Source of the DNA: Dehalococcoidia bacterium
GTDB lineage: Bacteria; Chloroflexota; Dehalococcoidia; UBA2979
NCBI GenBank assembly: GCA_964291495.2
Contig: OZ219868.1
Coordinates: 1 to 64,000, forward strand
DNA: 64,000 nucleotides
Direction: 5' to 3'
Shown: one piece after another, positions 22,578-32,994 of the stretch
Position numbering within the stretch: the first letter of the stretch is position 1
Layout: the number at the start of each line of letters is the position of its first letter
Notes under the pieces: generated by a model
What the model was told of the DNA's origin: nothing
Seen by the model: only the letters and a program-made list of their open reading frames with translations
Database searches by the model: none
Program-made: the position numbers and the translations under genes

Positions 22578-23009
22578 TCAGCGGCGTGATCGATTGCTGA
22601 ACCAGCGCCGGATGCGCTGCGCGAGGCCGTCGCGGTTGTAGGAGATCGTGCGCCCTCGCCACTGCTGGGTCCGCGCGCGGGCGCCCCCGCCACCGCCGAA
22701 GACCATCAGCGCCAGCGAGGCCACGAGCAGCACGACGCCGCCGATCATCAGCCAGGAGCCCAGCGGACCGATGCCGCGGATAAAGAAGGCCGCGAGGATC
22801 AGCAGGAAGCTCAGCAGCACCAGCTGGGAGAGCGAGATCCTCGAGAGCTCCTGCACGACGGTGCGCTGCCATGCCGAGACGCCGTCGCCGATGCGGCGCA
22901 GCGACCGCTGCAGGCCGCTCGCGCGCCGCCGTTTGGGGGCGGGAAGCTGCTCGATCTTGTCGAGGATCTCCTGGATCTCGCGTTCGAGGCGGTCCGGTTC
23001 TTCCGGCAT
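22578..23009 (-). CDS. Hypothetical membrane protein
   Basis: DRLEREIQEIL N-terminus, two TM helices, QWRGRTI C-terminus. Confidence 0.7.
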   Translation of the reverse strand: MPEEPDRLEREIQEILDKIEQLPAPKRRRASGLQRSLRRIGDGVSAWQRTVVQELSRISLSQLVLLSFLLILAAFFIRGIGPLGSWLMIGGVVLLVASLALMVFGGGGGARARTQQWRGRTISYNRDGLAQRIRRWFSNRSRR

Positions 23010-23187
23010 ATGGGTGTGCTCCGTCCAGTCGCCTCCGTCCACCGGCCATTGTAGCGTGGGCTGCCAGCACGGTGCGGCCGCTTGACCCTGCGGCAACGGC
23101 GGGGCTAGCGTGATCAGTCGCGTGCGACGCCCGGAATCGAAGCCGAGCACGCCGCGCCCGAGGCCGGACAATCAGGGAGCCAGCCGA

Positions 23188-23856
23188 ATGCCGGAACGCT
23201 ATGCGGTCACGCCCCGGATGGTGCTGGGGAAACGTTCGAAGGGGTTGCGCCGGGAAGGCGTGTTGCCCGGCAACATCTACGGACGTGGCCTCGACTCCGT
23301 TGCGGTCCAGTTGCCGCGTCGCGAGGCCGAGTCGTTGCTCTCCGAGCACGGGTTGAATTCGCTGATCGAGCTGTCCGTGGACGGCGAAGAAGACCAGCGG
23401 CCGGTCATCGTGCGGCAGGTTCAGCGGCACCCGCTCTCACGCGAGATCCTGCACCTCGACTTCTACCAGGTGGACCTTGCCCGCGCGATCCAGGCGAACG
23501 TCCCGGTGACGCTCATCGGTGAAGCGCCGGCGGTTCACACCTACCAGGGCATCCTCATCACCGGCCTCGACCACGTGCTGGTCGAGGCGCTGCCCGCCGA
23601 TATGCCTTCGCACTTCGAGCTCTCGGTCGACTCCCTCGAGGAACTCGACTCCCAGCTCACCGTGGACGACCTCACGGTCGAGGACCGCGTGCGGATGATG
23701 AGCGAGCCGGAGATCATGCTCGCCCGCATCGCACGCCCCCGCGTCGCCGCGGAGGACGAGGAAGAGGACGAGCTGCTCGAGGGCGAGGAAGGCGAGCTGG
23801 AGGAAGGTGCCGAAGGCGAAGGCGCCCCCACTGCCGAGGACGAGGCCGGCGACTAG
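23188..23856 (+). CDS. rplY: 50S ribosomal protein bL25/Ctc
   Basis: LRREG.LPG.IYG, VQRHP...ILHLDFY, acidic tail. Confidence 0.93.
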   Translation: MPERYAVTPRMVLGKRSKGLRREGVLPGNIYGRGLDSVAVQLPRREAESLLSEHGLNSLIELSVDGEEDQRPVIVRQVQRHPLSREILHLDFYQVDLARAIQANVPVTLIGEAPAVHTYQGILITGLDHVLVEALPADMPSHFELSVDSLEELDSQLTVDDLTVEDRVRMMSEPEIMLARIARPRVAAEDEEEDELLEGEEGELEEGAEGEGAPTAEDEAGD

Positions 23857-23901
23857 CCCTCGCAGTAGTCTCGCAGCCCCGGTCCCCGATCCGGCACCCC
23901 C

Positions 23902-24969
23902 TCAGCGCGCGGACGCCGCGAGGTGGTCCGTGCGTAGTTGCCCACATGCCGCTGCGATCTCCACGCCGCGCTCGATGCGCACGGTCGCGTTGACGCCCGC
24001 GGCCTGCAGCTCGCGCTGGAAGGCGCGCACCCGGCGCAGCGAGGGGCGGCGCAGGCCCTCGCCCGCCGTCGGGTTGTACGGGATCAGGTTCACGTGGCAG
24101 CGCATGCCGCGGATGCGGTCGGCGAGGCGCCGTGCCTGCTCCGGCTCGTCGTTGAGCCGCTCGAGCAGCGCGTAGGCGAAGGTGACGCGGCGGCCGGTGC
24201 GCTCGACGTAGTCGTTCGAGGCCTCGATCAGTCCGTCGAGGGTGACCCCGCCCGCGGTGGGGATGAGCTGACGGCGTAGCTCGTCGTCCGGGGCGTGCAG
24301 CGAGACGGTGAGGCCGATCTGCAGCCGCTCGCCCGCGAGCCGGCGGATCGCGCCGGGTAGCCCGACTGTCGAGATCGCGACGCCTCGGGCGCGCAGGTCG
24401 AGGCCATCGCGGTCGATCAGCCAGCGCACGGCGGTCAGCGTCGGGCCGTAGTTGGCCAGCGGCTCGCCCATGCCCATGAAGACGACGTTGGAGACCGGGC
24501 GCTGGCGCTGGAAGTGCAGCACCTGCGCGAGGATCTCGCCCGCGGTCAGGTTGCGCGTGAAGCCCTGCTGGCCCGTCGCGCAGAAGACGCAGGCCATCGC
24601 GCAGCCCGCCTGCGTCGAGACGCAGACCGTGCTACGCGCGCGCGATCCCTGCGCGTGCTCCGGGCGGTCCGGGTCGTAGTCCATGCGCACCGCCTCGATG
24701 GCGGCCCCACCGCCGAGGTCCAACAGCACCTTCGAGGTCGCCCCGTCGTCGGCGCGCGTCTCGGCGAGCACGGGCGGCGGCGCAAGCGTCCACTCCTCGG
24801 CAAGCCGGGGGCGCAGGGCGGACGGCAGGTCGGTCATCTCCTCGAACGAGGTCGCGCAGCGCCGCAGCGCCCAGCGCGCGACCTGCCGCGCACGGAACGG
24901 CGGCTCGCCCAGGTCGCCGATGCGCGCTTCGAGGTCGGCGAGCGAGTGGTCGAGCAGGTGCGACGGCAT
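23902..24969 (-). CDS. rlmN: 23S rRNA m2A2503 radical SAM methyltransferase
   Basis: CVSTQAGCAMACVFCATG, MGMGEP, SLHAP, NLIPYN, AACGQL. Confidence 0.95.
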   Translation of the reverse strand: MPSHLLDHSLADLEARIGDLGEPPFRARQVARWALRRCATSFEEMTDLPSALRPRLAEEWTLAPPPVLAETRADDGATSKVLLDLGGGAAIEAVRMDYDPDRPEHAQGSRARSTVCVSTQAGCAMACVFCATGQQGFTRNLTAGEILAQVLHFQRQRPVSNVVFMGMGEPLANYGPTLTAVRWLIDRDGLDLRARGVAISTVGLPGAIRRLAGERLQIGLTVSLHAPDDELRRQLIPTAGGVTLDGLIEASNDYVERTGRRVTFAYALLERLNDEPEQARRLADRIRGMRCHVNLIPYNPTAGEGLRRPSLRRVRAFQRELQAAGVNATVRIERGVEIAAACGQLRTDHLAASAR

Positions 24970-24992
24970 AGGCGGTGTCTCTGTCGGCCCCG

Positions 24993-25958
24993 TTATTCGC
25001 CCAGGCGCGCGCCGATCAGGGCGCGGTCCCCGTTGAGGTAGTCCTCGATCTCCAGCGGCCTCCGGCCCGCGCGTTGCACGCGCAGCAGCGCGAGTGACCC
25101 GCTGCCGCAGGCGACGGTAGCGAGGGCGCGCCGGCCCGGCAGCAGCTCACCGAGCGGCTCGCCGTCGCCGGCGAGCACGCAACCCGGTTCGGCCTTGAGC
25201 GTGGCGACGAGGGGCCAGGCGGCGTGGATCGTGAGGCGCTCGCCCTCTCGCAGGGTGGTGGCGCGCGGCCACGGCTCGTAGGCCCGAACGGCGCGCGCGA
25301 TGTTCTCGGCGGAGCGGGTCCAGTCGATAACGCCATCGTCCTTCTCGATGCGCCCGGCGTAGGTGGCCAGCGCCTCGTCCTGCGGGACGGCCTCAACGCT
25401 GCCCTCGACCCAGCCGGGCAGCAGTTCCATCAGTCGTTCCGCGCCGAGCTCGGCGATGCGTTCAGTAAGCGTCTCGGCGGTGTCGAGGGGTCCGATCGGC
25501 GTCGAGATCGTGCCGAGCACCGGCCCGGCGTCCAGCTCGCGGACGATCAGCATCACGGAAGCGCCGCTCTCCTCGTCGCCCGCGAGGATCGCGGCAGTGA
25601 CGGGCGAGGCGCCGCGGTGGCGCGGAAGCAGCGAGGCGTGAACGTTGAGGATGCCGTGCGGGATCGCCTCGATCAGATGCGAGGGCAGGATGTGCGCCGA
25701 GGCCGCGAGCACGCCCACGTCCGGCTCGAGCGCAGCGATCTCCGCGGTCGTGTCGCGCCGGATCCGCTCGGGCGTGAGCACGGGCACGCCGGCTTCGCGG
25801 GCGAGCTGCGCGACGGGCGTGGGGGCGCCGCGTCCGGAACGCCCTCGCGGCCGGTCGGGCTGCGTAACGACCGCCGCGAGGTCCACCGCGGACGACGCGA
25901 TCAGCCGCCGCAGGGTGGGCAGGGCGTAGTCCGGAGAGCCGAAGAAGACGACGCGCAC
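24993..25958 (-). CDS. fmt: Methionyl-tRNA formyltransferase
   Basis: VVFFGSP, TQPDRP.GR, NVHASLLPR.RGASP, LDAGP. Confidence 0.95.
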   Translation of the reverse strand: MRVVFFGSPDYALPTLRRLIASSAVDLAAVVTQPDRPRGRSGRGAPTPVAQLAREAGVPVLTPERIRRDTTAEIAALEPDVGVLAASAHILPSHLIEAIPHGILNVHASLLPRHRGASPVTAAILAGDEESGASVMLIVRELDAGPVLGTISTPIGPLDTAETLTERIAELGAERLMELLPGWVEGSVEAVPQDEALATYAGRIEKDDGVIDWTRSAENIARAVRAYEPWPRATTLREGERLTIHAAWPLVATLKAEPGCVLAGDGEPLGELLPGRRALATVACGSGSLALLRVQRAGRRPLEIEDYLNGDRALIGARLGE

Positions 25959-26007
25959 GCCTCGATGGTAGCAGGCGCCCCCCGTACCGCCGCGCGTGCG
26001 GCGGGCC

Positions 26008-26232
26008 TCAGGAGGTGGTCACGCTCCAGAGCGAGAAGCCGATGAACACGACGATCAGCAGGATCGTCAGGCGGTGCAGGGAGCGCTGGATGCCTCGGCG
26101 GGTGCGGAAGCTCTGATCGGCCCCCCCGAGGGCCGCGCCGAAGCCGGTCCCCTTGACCTGCATCAGCACCACCACGATCAGCGTGACCGAGACGAGGATC
26201 TGCGCGATGTGGAGGAAGTCGGTGAGTTGCAT
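26008..26232 (-). CDS. secG: Preprotein translocase subunit SecG
   Basis: Two TM helices, LMQ.KG.GFG.ALGG....RTRRG....L.RLT. Confidence 0.9.
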   Translation of the reverse strand: MQLTDFLHIAQILVSVTLIVVVLMQVKGTGFGAALGGADQSFRTRRGIQRSLHRLTILLIVVFIGFSLWSVTTS

Positions 26233-26295
26233 GACGGGATCGAGGCTAGACTGCGCCGTCGCTTGCGGGCAAGCGCGAGCAGCGCACTCTGAGCG

Positions 26296-27624
26296 CTACG
26301 AGTCCGCCTCGCCCGGCAGCGCGGCCACGCCCTGCTGGACCTGCAGGTCGCGCTCGTAGTACTGGCGCATGACGGCGGCGGCCAGGCGCTCCGAGTCGTG
26401 ACGGTAGCGCAGCTCGCGATCAACGAGGTCGGCGAGGACGAGGCGCGCCCCGGCGTAGTCGGCGTCGCCCGGCGCCGGCACGGGCTGCGAGCGCCACTCC
26501 GTGGGGAAGGGCTCGGCGGGCAGGTTGCTGTTCGCGAGGACGACGTGGGCGACGTCCTCGCGTCGCAGGTGGCGGCGGATCGCCGCGTAGTGAGCCGCGG
26601 CGTCGTAGCCCTCGGTCTCCCCCTGCTGGGTGGCGACGTTCGAGACGTAGACGCGGTGGGCTCGCGATTGCAGCAAGGCGTCGCCAAGGCCAGAGACCAG
26701 CAGGTTCGGCAGCACCGAGGTGTAAAGCGAACCGGGCCCGATCACGATCAGGTCCGCCTCGAGCAGGGCCGCGGCCGCCTCGGCGTTGGCCTGCACGGTC
26801 GCCGGCTCGACAAAGACCTGCTCGATCGCGGACCCGCCCTCGGCCAGCACGGACTCGCCTCGCACCGTCGAGCCGTCGGCGAGTCGGGCGGCGAGCGTGA
26901 TGTCGGCGAGCGTCGAGGGGAGGATGCGGCCGCGCACCGCGAGGACGCGCGAGGTCTCGCGGATCGCCTCCTCCATGTTCCCGGTCACGTCGGACATGGC
27001 GACGATGAAGAGGTTGCCGAAGGAGTGCCCGGCGATGCCCTCGCCGGCGTCGTCGCCGAAGCGGTACTGGAAGAGGCGCGTGACCAACGGCTCGGCGTCG
27101 GCGAGGGCGGCGATGCAGTTGCGGATGTCGCCCGGCGGGATCACGTTGAGATCGCGCCGCAGCCGCCCGCTGGATCCGCCGTCGTCGGCGACGGTGACGA
27201 TGGCGGTGAGGTTCGCGTTGTAGCCCTTGAGCCCGCGCAGCAACGTCGAGAGCCCGGTGCCGCCGCCGATCGCGACGATACGCGGGCCCCGGCCCTGCGT
27301 GCGCTGTGCCCAGATGCGGTCGATCAGCTCGTCCTGGCGGTCGATCGGAACCACGGCGCTGACGATCGACTGGTTGAGCCTCCAGGCGCCGATCACGGTG
27401 GCGCCGGTGGCGACCCCGATAAAGAGCACCCCTCGCACCCAGCGCGGCAGGAACTGCAGCGTCGCGTCGCCGACCCAGGCGGGGAAGGTGTAGGAGAAGT
27501 AGGCCTCGCGCAGGAGGTAGCCGATACCGAGGCCCATCAGCACGACGCCGATGAGGATGAGGAGGAGCCAGCGCTTGATGTGCAGGCCGAGGTAGAGCCA
27601 CTTGGCAAGGGTGGTGCGACTCAC
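26296..27624 (-). CDS. yvcK: YvcK/GlmR (CofD-related) family protein with N-terminal TM helices
   Basis: GGGTGL, VADDGGSSGRLR, PPGDIRNC, GHSFGN, GPGSLYTS, RHD. Confidence 0.9.
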   Translation of the reverse strand: MSRTTLAKWLYLGLHIKRWLLLILIGVVLMGLGIGYLLREAYFSYTFPAWVGDATLQFLPRWVRGVLFIGVATGATVIGAWRLNQSIVSAVVPIDRQDELIDRIWAQRTQGRGPRIVAIGGGTGLSTLLRGLKGYNANLTAIVTVADDGGSSGRLRRDLNVIPPGDIRNCIAALADAEPLVTRLFQYRFGDDAGEGIAGHSFGNLFIVAMSDVTGNMEEAIRETSRVLAVRGRILPSTLADITLAARLADGSTVRGESVLAEGGSAIEQVFVEPATVQANAEAAAALLEADLIVIGPGSLYTSVLPNLLVSGLGDALLQSRAHRVYVSNVATQQGETEGYDAAAHYAAIRRHLRREDVAHVVLANSNLPAEPFPTEWRSQPVPAPGDADYAGARLVLADLVDRELRYRHDSERLAAAVMRQYYERDLQVQQGVAALPGEADS

Positions 27625-27811
27625 CGACGATCGTCCGTCTTTGATCGAGCCCACCCCCGTGCGACATGATCGTGCCCCGACTGACCCCGCGAGGTCAAGC
27701 GGCGCCGCGATCCGCTTCACAGGCCGCCCCTGCGGCCTGTATCGTCGGGCGGCGATGCCGAAGCGGCTCAGGGCGTCTATCCTGAGGCTGCGATCAGGGA
27801 GGGAGCAGGCT

Positions 27812-27973
27812 ATGGAGTGCCTCGTCTGCGGCGGAGCCGTCACGGATGACGACCAGAGCAACTACCGCTGGCACCACACCGATGGCAAGTGGTATCGCTT
27901 CGACGACATCGGCTGCCGCAACAAGTTCATCGGCAACCCCGACAAGTACCTCAACCCGGAGGGCGCCGCGTAG
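27812..27973 (+). CDS. YHS/TRASH-like small metal-binding protein (53 aa)
   Basis: RBS GGAGG; CLVCG...GKWYRF....C..KF..NPDKY pattern. Confidence 0.75.
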   Translation: MECLVCGGAVTDDDQSNYRWHHTDGKWYRFDDIGCRNKFIGNPDKYLNPEGAA

Positions 27974-28081
27974 CGCCGAGGCTCCGCTCATCCTTGGTAC
28001 GGCGCGGCGCTGCCCAACGCCGCGCCGCGCCGCCGCGTATCACAGGGCGCGCCTGACGCGACCCCGGATCGAAGGCCGCGC

Positions 28082-29566
28082 GTGACCACTGCGACCGCTC
28101 CCGGCGCTACCGGCTACGAGGTCGTGATCGGCCTCGAGGTCCACGCGCAGCTCAACACCCGCTCGAAGATGTTCTGCGGCTGCGCGAGCGACTACTTCGC
28201 GGCCCCGCCGAACACGCGCGTCTGCGCGGTCTGTCTTGGCATGCCGGGCGTGCTGCCGGTGATCAACCGCAGCGCCGTGGACCTGACGATCCTCACCGGC
28301 CTCGCACTCGGCTGCTCGATCCCGCCGCACTCCAAGTTCGACCGCAAGAACTACCCCTACCCCGACCTGATGAAGGGCTACCAGATCTCGCAGTACGACG
28401 AGCCGCTCTGCCTCGGCGGCGCGGTCCCGATCGAGCTGGACGGCGAGCGCCGCGAGGTCGGCCTGGAGCGCATCCACCTCGAGGAGGACACGGCGCGCCT
28501 GCTCCATCGCGAGGCGGGACCGGCCGACGGAGACGGCTACTCGCTGCTCGACGTCAACCGCTCCGGGGTGCCGTTGATGGAGATCGTCTCCGCGCCGGAC
28601 ATGCGCTCGCCCGAGGAGGCCGTCGCCTACCTGCGCGAGCTGCGCCGCACGCTGCGCTACCTCGACGTCTCCGACGCCGACATGGAGAAGGGCTCGTTCC
28701 GCTGCGACGCGAACATCTCGCTGCGCCGCCCCGGCGATCCGCTCGGCTCGAAGGTCGAGATCAAGAACATGAACTCGTTCCGCGCCGTGCAGCGCGCGAT
28801 CGAGTCCGAGATCCGGCGGCAGGCGGTGGTCCTCGATGGCGGCGGGAGCGTCGAACAGGAGACGCGCGGCTACATCGAGGAGACCGGCGGCACGGCCAGC
28901 CAGCGCTCGAAGGAAGAGGCGCACGACTACCGCTACTTCCCCGAGCCGGACCTGCCGCCGCTGGAGATCGGCGAGGCGCGCCTCGCGGAGATCCGCGCGC
29001 GCCTGCCGGAGCTGCCCGACGCCAGGCGCGAACGCTTCGAGCGCGAGTACGGCCTCGCTGCTGCCGAGGCGGGCCTCCTGGCCGAGACCCGCGCCCGCGC
29101 CGACGCGTTCGAGGAGGCCGTCGCCGCCTCGAAGGCCGGCCGCGCGCAGGCGGTCGCGCGCTGGCTGATCGGCGACGTGGCGGCGCTGCTCAACCAGGCG
29201 GGGGGCGACGTGGAGCTGGCGGACACGCCTCTCACGCCCGGGCACATCGCCGAACTGGTCGGGCTTGTCGAGGACGACGTGATCACCGCCGCGAGCGCCA
29301 AGCAGGTGCTGGCCGCCGCCTTCGAGAGCGGGGCCGCGCCCTCCGCGATCGTCGAGGAGCGGGGGCTCGCGCAGCTGCGCGACGACGAGGGGCTGGCACG
29401 CATCGCGGCCGAGGTCATCGACGCCAACCCGCAGGCGGTAGAGGACTACCGAGGCGGCAAGGAGAACGCGATCAAGTTCCTCGTCGGCCAGGTGATGCGC
29501 GCCACGCGCGGGCGGGCGGACCCCAACGAGGCGCAGACGGCGCTTCGTACCGTGCTCGACGGGTAG
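28082..29566 (+). CDS. gatB: Asp-tRNA(Asn)/Glu-tRNA(Gln) amidotransferase subunit B
   Basis: [47 protein letters not shown]. Confidence 0.96.
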   Translation: MTTATAPGATGYEVVIGLEVHAQLNTRSKMFCGCASDYFAAPPNTRVCAVCLGMPGVLPVINRSAVDLTILTGLALGCSIPPHSKFDRKNYPYPDLMKGYQISQYDEPLCLGGAVPIELDGERREVGLERIHLEEDTARLLHREAGPADGDGYSLLDVNRSGVPLMEIVSAPDMRSPEEAVAYLRELRRTLRYLDVSDADMEKGSFRCDANISLRRPGDPLGSKVEIKNMNSFRAVQRAIESEIRRQAVVLDGGGSVEQETRGYIEETGGTASQRSKEEAHDYRYFPEPDLPPLEIGEARLAEIRARLPELPDARRERFEREYGLAAAEAGLLAETRARADAFEEAVAASKAGRAQAVARWLIGDVAALLNQAGGDVELADTPLTPGHIAELVGLVEDDVITAASAKQVLAAAFESGAAPSAIVEERGLAQLRDDEGLARIAAEVIDANPQAVEDYRGGKENAIKFLVGQVMRATRGRADPNEAQTALRTVLDG

Positions 29567-29584
29567 CGGACGAGGAGGGCGTAC

Positions 29585-30142
29585 ATGGCGGCGGCGAAGG
29601 GTTCGCGAAGCGGCACGATCCACCAGCTCAGCGCCTCCAACGGCGGCGTCCCCAAGCGCGCGCTGGAAGAGGCCCGTGCCTTCATCGGGGGCCTCGAGGG
29701 CGACGCCCAGGCGGACCTCAAGCACCACGGCGGGCCCGAGCGTGCGCTCTGCCTGTTCTCGCTCGATCGGATCGAGGAGATGGCCGCCGAGGGCCATCCG
29801 ATCGCGCCCGGCCTTGCCGGCGAGAACGTGACGGTTTCCGGCCTCGACTGGTCGTTGGTGGTTCCGGGGTCGCGGTTGCGGCTCGGCGCCGGGGTGCTGG
29901 TGGAGATCACGAGCTACACCGCGCCCTGCTTCAAGAACGCGGCCTGGTTCGCCGACGGCGACTTCAACCGCATGAACCAGAAGACACACCCCGGCTGCAG
30001 TCGCGTCTACGCGCGCGTCCTTGAGGAGGGCCTGCTGCGCAGCGGTGACGCCGTCGATCTGCTCGACGAGTCGGCTGCGACTCGGGTCGCCCGCCAGCAG
30101 CCGCCGACGATCCGCTGGCGGCCGCCGGGCCAGGGCGGGTAG
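29585..30142 (+). CDS. MOSC domain protein (YiiM-like)
   Basis: GGVPK, HGGP.RA.C, PG..GEN, PC.K, YARVL.EG. Confidence 0.88.
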   Translation: MAAAKGSRSGTIHQLSASNGGVPKRALEEARAFIGGLEGDAQADLKHHGGPERALCLFSLDRIEEMAAEGHPIAPGLAGENVTVSGLDWSLVVPGSRLRLGAGVLVEITSYTAPCFKNAAWFADGDFNRMNQKTHPGCSRVYARVLEEGLLRSGDAVDLLDESAATRVARQQPPTIRWRPPGQGG

Positions 30143-30164
30143 GCCTCGGTCGGCGCTTCGCGCC

Positions 30165-31496
30165 TCAACCTTCCGCTGGGGTGGGCGACGTGACGGCGAT
30201 GCGGGGCGGCGGTCCCGGGCGGCGCACCGCGAGGATCAGCGCGGCGGCGAGCAGCCAGTTGGCCCCGACCGCGAGGAAGACGCCGTTGTAGTCGCCGACC
30301 GCGTCGAAGTAGAGCGCGGTGATCAGCGGCCCCGCCGCGCCCATCCCCAGCGAGACGGGCAGCACCACGCTGCGCACCTCGCCGAGGTAGCGTCGCCCGA
30401 AGTACTGCGCCCAGATCACCTCCTGCGTCGGGAACAGCGCGCCCACGCCCGTGCCCCAGAGCAAGTAGCCGAGGCCGACGAGCGCCGCGCTGCCGGACGC
30501 TGCCGCGAAGACGATGAGGACCATCGACGATCCGGACAGGGCGAAGCCCAGCGCCGCGACATAACGGGAATCGTAGCGCTCGGTGAGCCAGCCCCAGAAC
30601 GCCTTCGAGAACCCGGCTGCGAACCCGAGAATGACGACGATCCGCGCGGCCGTGGCGCGGCTGTAGTCCTGGTCGGTGAGGAAGGGGATGGCATTCAGGA
30701 TCACGCCTCCGATGCCAATCACCGCGAGCCCGAAGGCGAACGTGATCATGTAGAGGGCCGGGGTGCGCAGCGCCTCGCGCCGGGTGTAGGAGTTCAGGTA
30801 GTCGGCCTCGATTCTCAGGGCGGCTCCGCTGCGCAACTCCTCCGCGCTTCGCCCGTCGGGATTGAGCCCGTGGTCCTCGGGTTGACGGCGAAAGAGCAAT
30901 GCGATGGGGAAGATGATCGCGGCCGTGACGACCGCGAGCACCTGCCAGCCCGCCCGCCAACCGAAATCGTCGACGAAGGCGGTGAGCGGCGGGGCGATCA
31001 GGATCCCGCCGATCGAGAAGCCAATCGCGCCGATGCCGATGGCGCGCCCTCGCAGGTCCACGAACCACTTGGAAAGCGTCACGTTGACGACGAGGCTGCC
31101 GATCATCGCGGAGCCGCCCATGAAGAACAGGCCGCGCAGCACCATCCACTGCCACCACTCCTCGATGTAACTGATCGAGAACAGGGTCACGGCGATCAGC
31201 GCGCCTCCGATCAGCATCACGCGCCGCCCGCCCCGGCGGTCGACGTGCGCGCCGATGAAGAAGCCGATCGCGCCCGTCACCAGCTGCCCGAGCGTCTGGG
31301 CGAGCGTGAACTCGGTGCGGGACCACTCGAGGTCCTCGGTCATCGGGACCAGGAAGACGCCGCCGGCGTAGACGCTGAGACCGGCCTGCAACATCTGCGC
31401 GAGGAACGCGCCCGCGACGATGTACCAGCCGAAGTAGACCCGAGGGCGCTTCGCGCTGTCGGCGGAGGGAGCCGGCGCCTCGGCGGGTGCGGCCAT
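30165..31496 (-). CDS. MFS transporter
   Basis: About 12 TM segments, G..VDR.G.RR, WF...RGRA.G. Confidence 0.9.
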   Translation of the reverse strand: MAAPAEAPAPSADSAKRPRVYFGWYIVAGAFLAQMLQAGLSVYAGGVFLVPMTEDLEWSRTEFTLAQTLGQLVTGAIGFFIGAHVDRRGGRRVMLIGGALIAVTLFSISYIEEWWQWMVLRGLFFMGGSAMIGSLVVNVTLSKWFVDLRGRAIGIGAIGFSIGGILIAPPLTAFVDDFGWRAGWQVLAVVTAAIIFPIALLFRRQPEDHGLNPDGRSAEELRSGAALRIEADYLNSYTRREALRTPALYMITFAFGLAVIGIGGVILNAIPFLTDQDYSRATAARIVVILGFAAGFSKAFWGWLTERYDSRYVAALGFALSGSSMVLIVFAAASGSAALVGLGYLLWGTGVGALFPTQEVIWAQYFGRRYLGEVRSVVLPVSLGMGAAGPLITALYFDAVGDYNGVFLAVGANWLLAAALILAVRRPGPPPRIAVTSPTPAEG

Positions 31497-31536
31497 CGGG
31501 CGCAGTATAGGCGTCGACCGGTCGGGTGAGCCCCGA

Positions 31537-32964
31537 TCAACCGCCTGCCCGCGCCGCCTCGCGAGGCTCGATCGGCGTGATCACGCCGAGCCTGTCCTCG
31601 ACCGCCTGCGCGGCCGCGAGGCAGAGAGCCTCGCGATAGCGCGGGCCGACTAGCTGCACGCCCTGCGGCAGTCCGCCGTCGGCTCCGGCGGGCAGCGCCA
31701 CCGAAGGCAGCCCGAGCAGGTTCACGGCGAGGGTGAGCGTCATGCTGTGTCGGACACCCAGCGCCTCCTCCGGGCCCGCCACGTCATGGCCGACCTCGAA
31801 GGGCTGCGCTGTCGAGACCGGCCCGAGCAACAGTCGCCCGCCTCCGAACCACTCCGACCAGGCGCGCGCGCAGCGGAACCGCTCCATGTGCGCCTCGAGG
31901 TACCCGCCGAGCGACGCCTCACTCGACGCCCACGTCGTCAGCTCGATGAAGCGCCGCGCCTCGTCGCCGAGTGGCTCCAGCAGCGCCTGTCCGGCGCTGC
32001 GCAGCTCGGCGTCGGCGAGCCGACCCCACACCTCGGCGGCCTCGCGCAGCAGCGGCGGCTCGCCCTCCTCGACGCGGTAGCCGGCGTCGGCGAGCGCACC
32101 GGCCGCGCGCCGCACGCCCGCGGCGACCCGCTCGTCGACGCCGAGACCGCCGGGGTCGGTGGTGAAGGTGATGCGCGGTAGTTCGTCGCGAGGCGCCTCG
32201 AGCGGCGCGGGCGCCAGCCGCGGGTCGCGCGGATCGGGCGCAGCGAGGACGGCGAAGGCAAGCCGCAGGTCGGCGACGTGCCGCGCCATCGGCCCGGTGA
32301 CCGTGAACAGATCGCCGGTTGGCGTCGGCTCGGGCCAGCCCTCGCGCGGCGTCGTCGCGATACGGCCGTAGCCGGGCTTGAGCGCCGCGGTGCCGCAGCA
32401 CTGCGAGGGGTAACGCAACGAGCCGCCGTAGTCGTTCCCGAGGCCCAGCGGCGTCATGCCGCTCGCGAGGGCGGACGCCTCGCCGCCGCTGGAGCCGCCC
32501 GCTGTGCGCCCGGCGTCCCAGGGGTTGCGCGTCACGCCTCGCAGGCTGCTCGCGGTATGCCAGCGCATGCCGAGGTCCGGGAGGTTCGTCCGCCCGATCA
32601 CGATCGCGCCGGCCTCGCGCAGCCGCTCGACCGCCGGGGCGTCGCGCTCCGCGGACGCCTCGGCGAGGCTGGGGACGCCGTTCGTCGTGGCCGTCCCGGC
32701 GACCTCGATGTTCTCCTTGATGGTGCAAGGCGCGCCGTGGAGCGGGCCGATTTCGTCGCCACGCGCGATCGCGGCGTCCGCGCGGTCAGCCTCAGCGAGC
32801 GCCTGCTCCGCGAGCACGACGGTGGCGGCGTTAAGGCGCGCGTTGACCGCCTCGATGCGTGCGAGGTGCGCCTCGACGGCCTCGCGCGCGGAGACTTCGC
32901 GCGCCCGGATCGCCGCGACAAGTTGCGCGGCGCCCGCGCGCCAGAGCTCGGCCGGGAGGGTCAC
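31537..32964 (-). CDS. Amidase signature family protein
   Basis: GPLHG.P.TIKE, GGSSGGEA, GND.GGSLR.P. Confidence 0.92.
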   Translation of the reverse strand: MTLPAELWRAGAAQLVAAIRAREVSAREAVEAHLARIEAVNARLNAATVVLAEQALAEADRADAAIARGDEIGPLHGAPCTIKENIEVAGTATTNGVPSLAEASAERDAPAVERLREAGAIVIGRTNLPDLGMRWHTASSLRGVTRNPWDAGRTAGGSSGGEASALASGMTPLGLGNDYGGSLRYPSQCCGTAALKPGYGRIATTPREGWPEPTPTGDLFTVTGPMARHVADLRLAFAVLAAPDPRDPRLAPAPLEAPRDELPRITFTTDPGGLGVDERVAAGVRRAAGALADAGYRVEEGEPPLLREAAEVWGRLADAELRSAGQALLEPLGDEARRFIELTTWASSEASLGGYLEAHMERFRCARAWSEWFGGGRLLLGPVSTAQPFEVGHDVAGPEEALGVRHSMTLTLAVNLLGLPSVALPAGADGGLPQGVQLVGPRYREALCLAAAQAVEDRLGVITPIEPREAARAGG

Positions 32965-32994
32965 GCCGCCGGGCGGAGGGGCCGCCTCGAGGCG

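Noticed and set aside
31537-32964. Amidase as gatA because gatB is nearby
   Set aside because: Opposite strand and not adjacent to gatB; lacks GatA-typical motifs such as DEFAMGS; looks like a generic amidase
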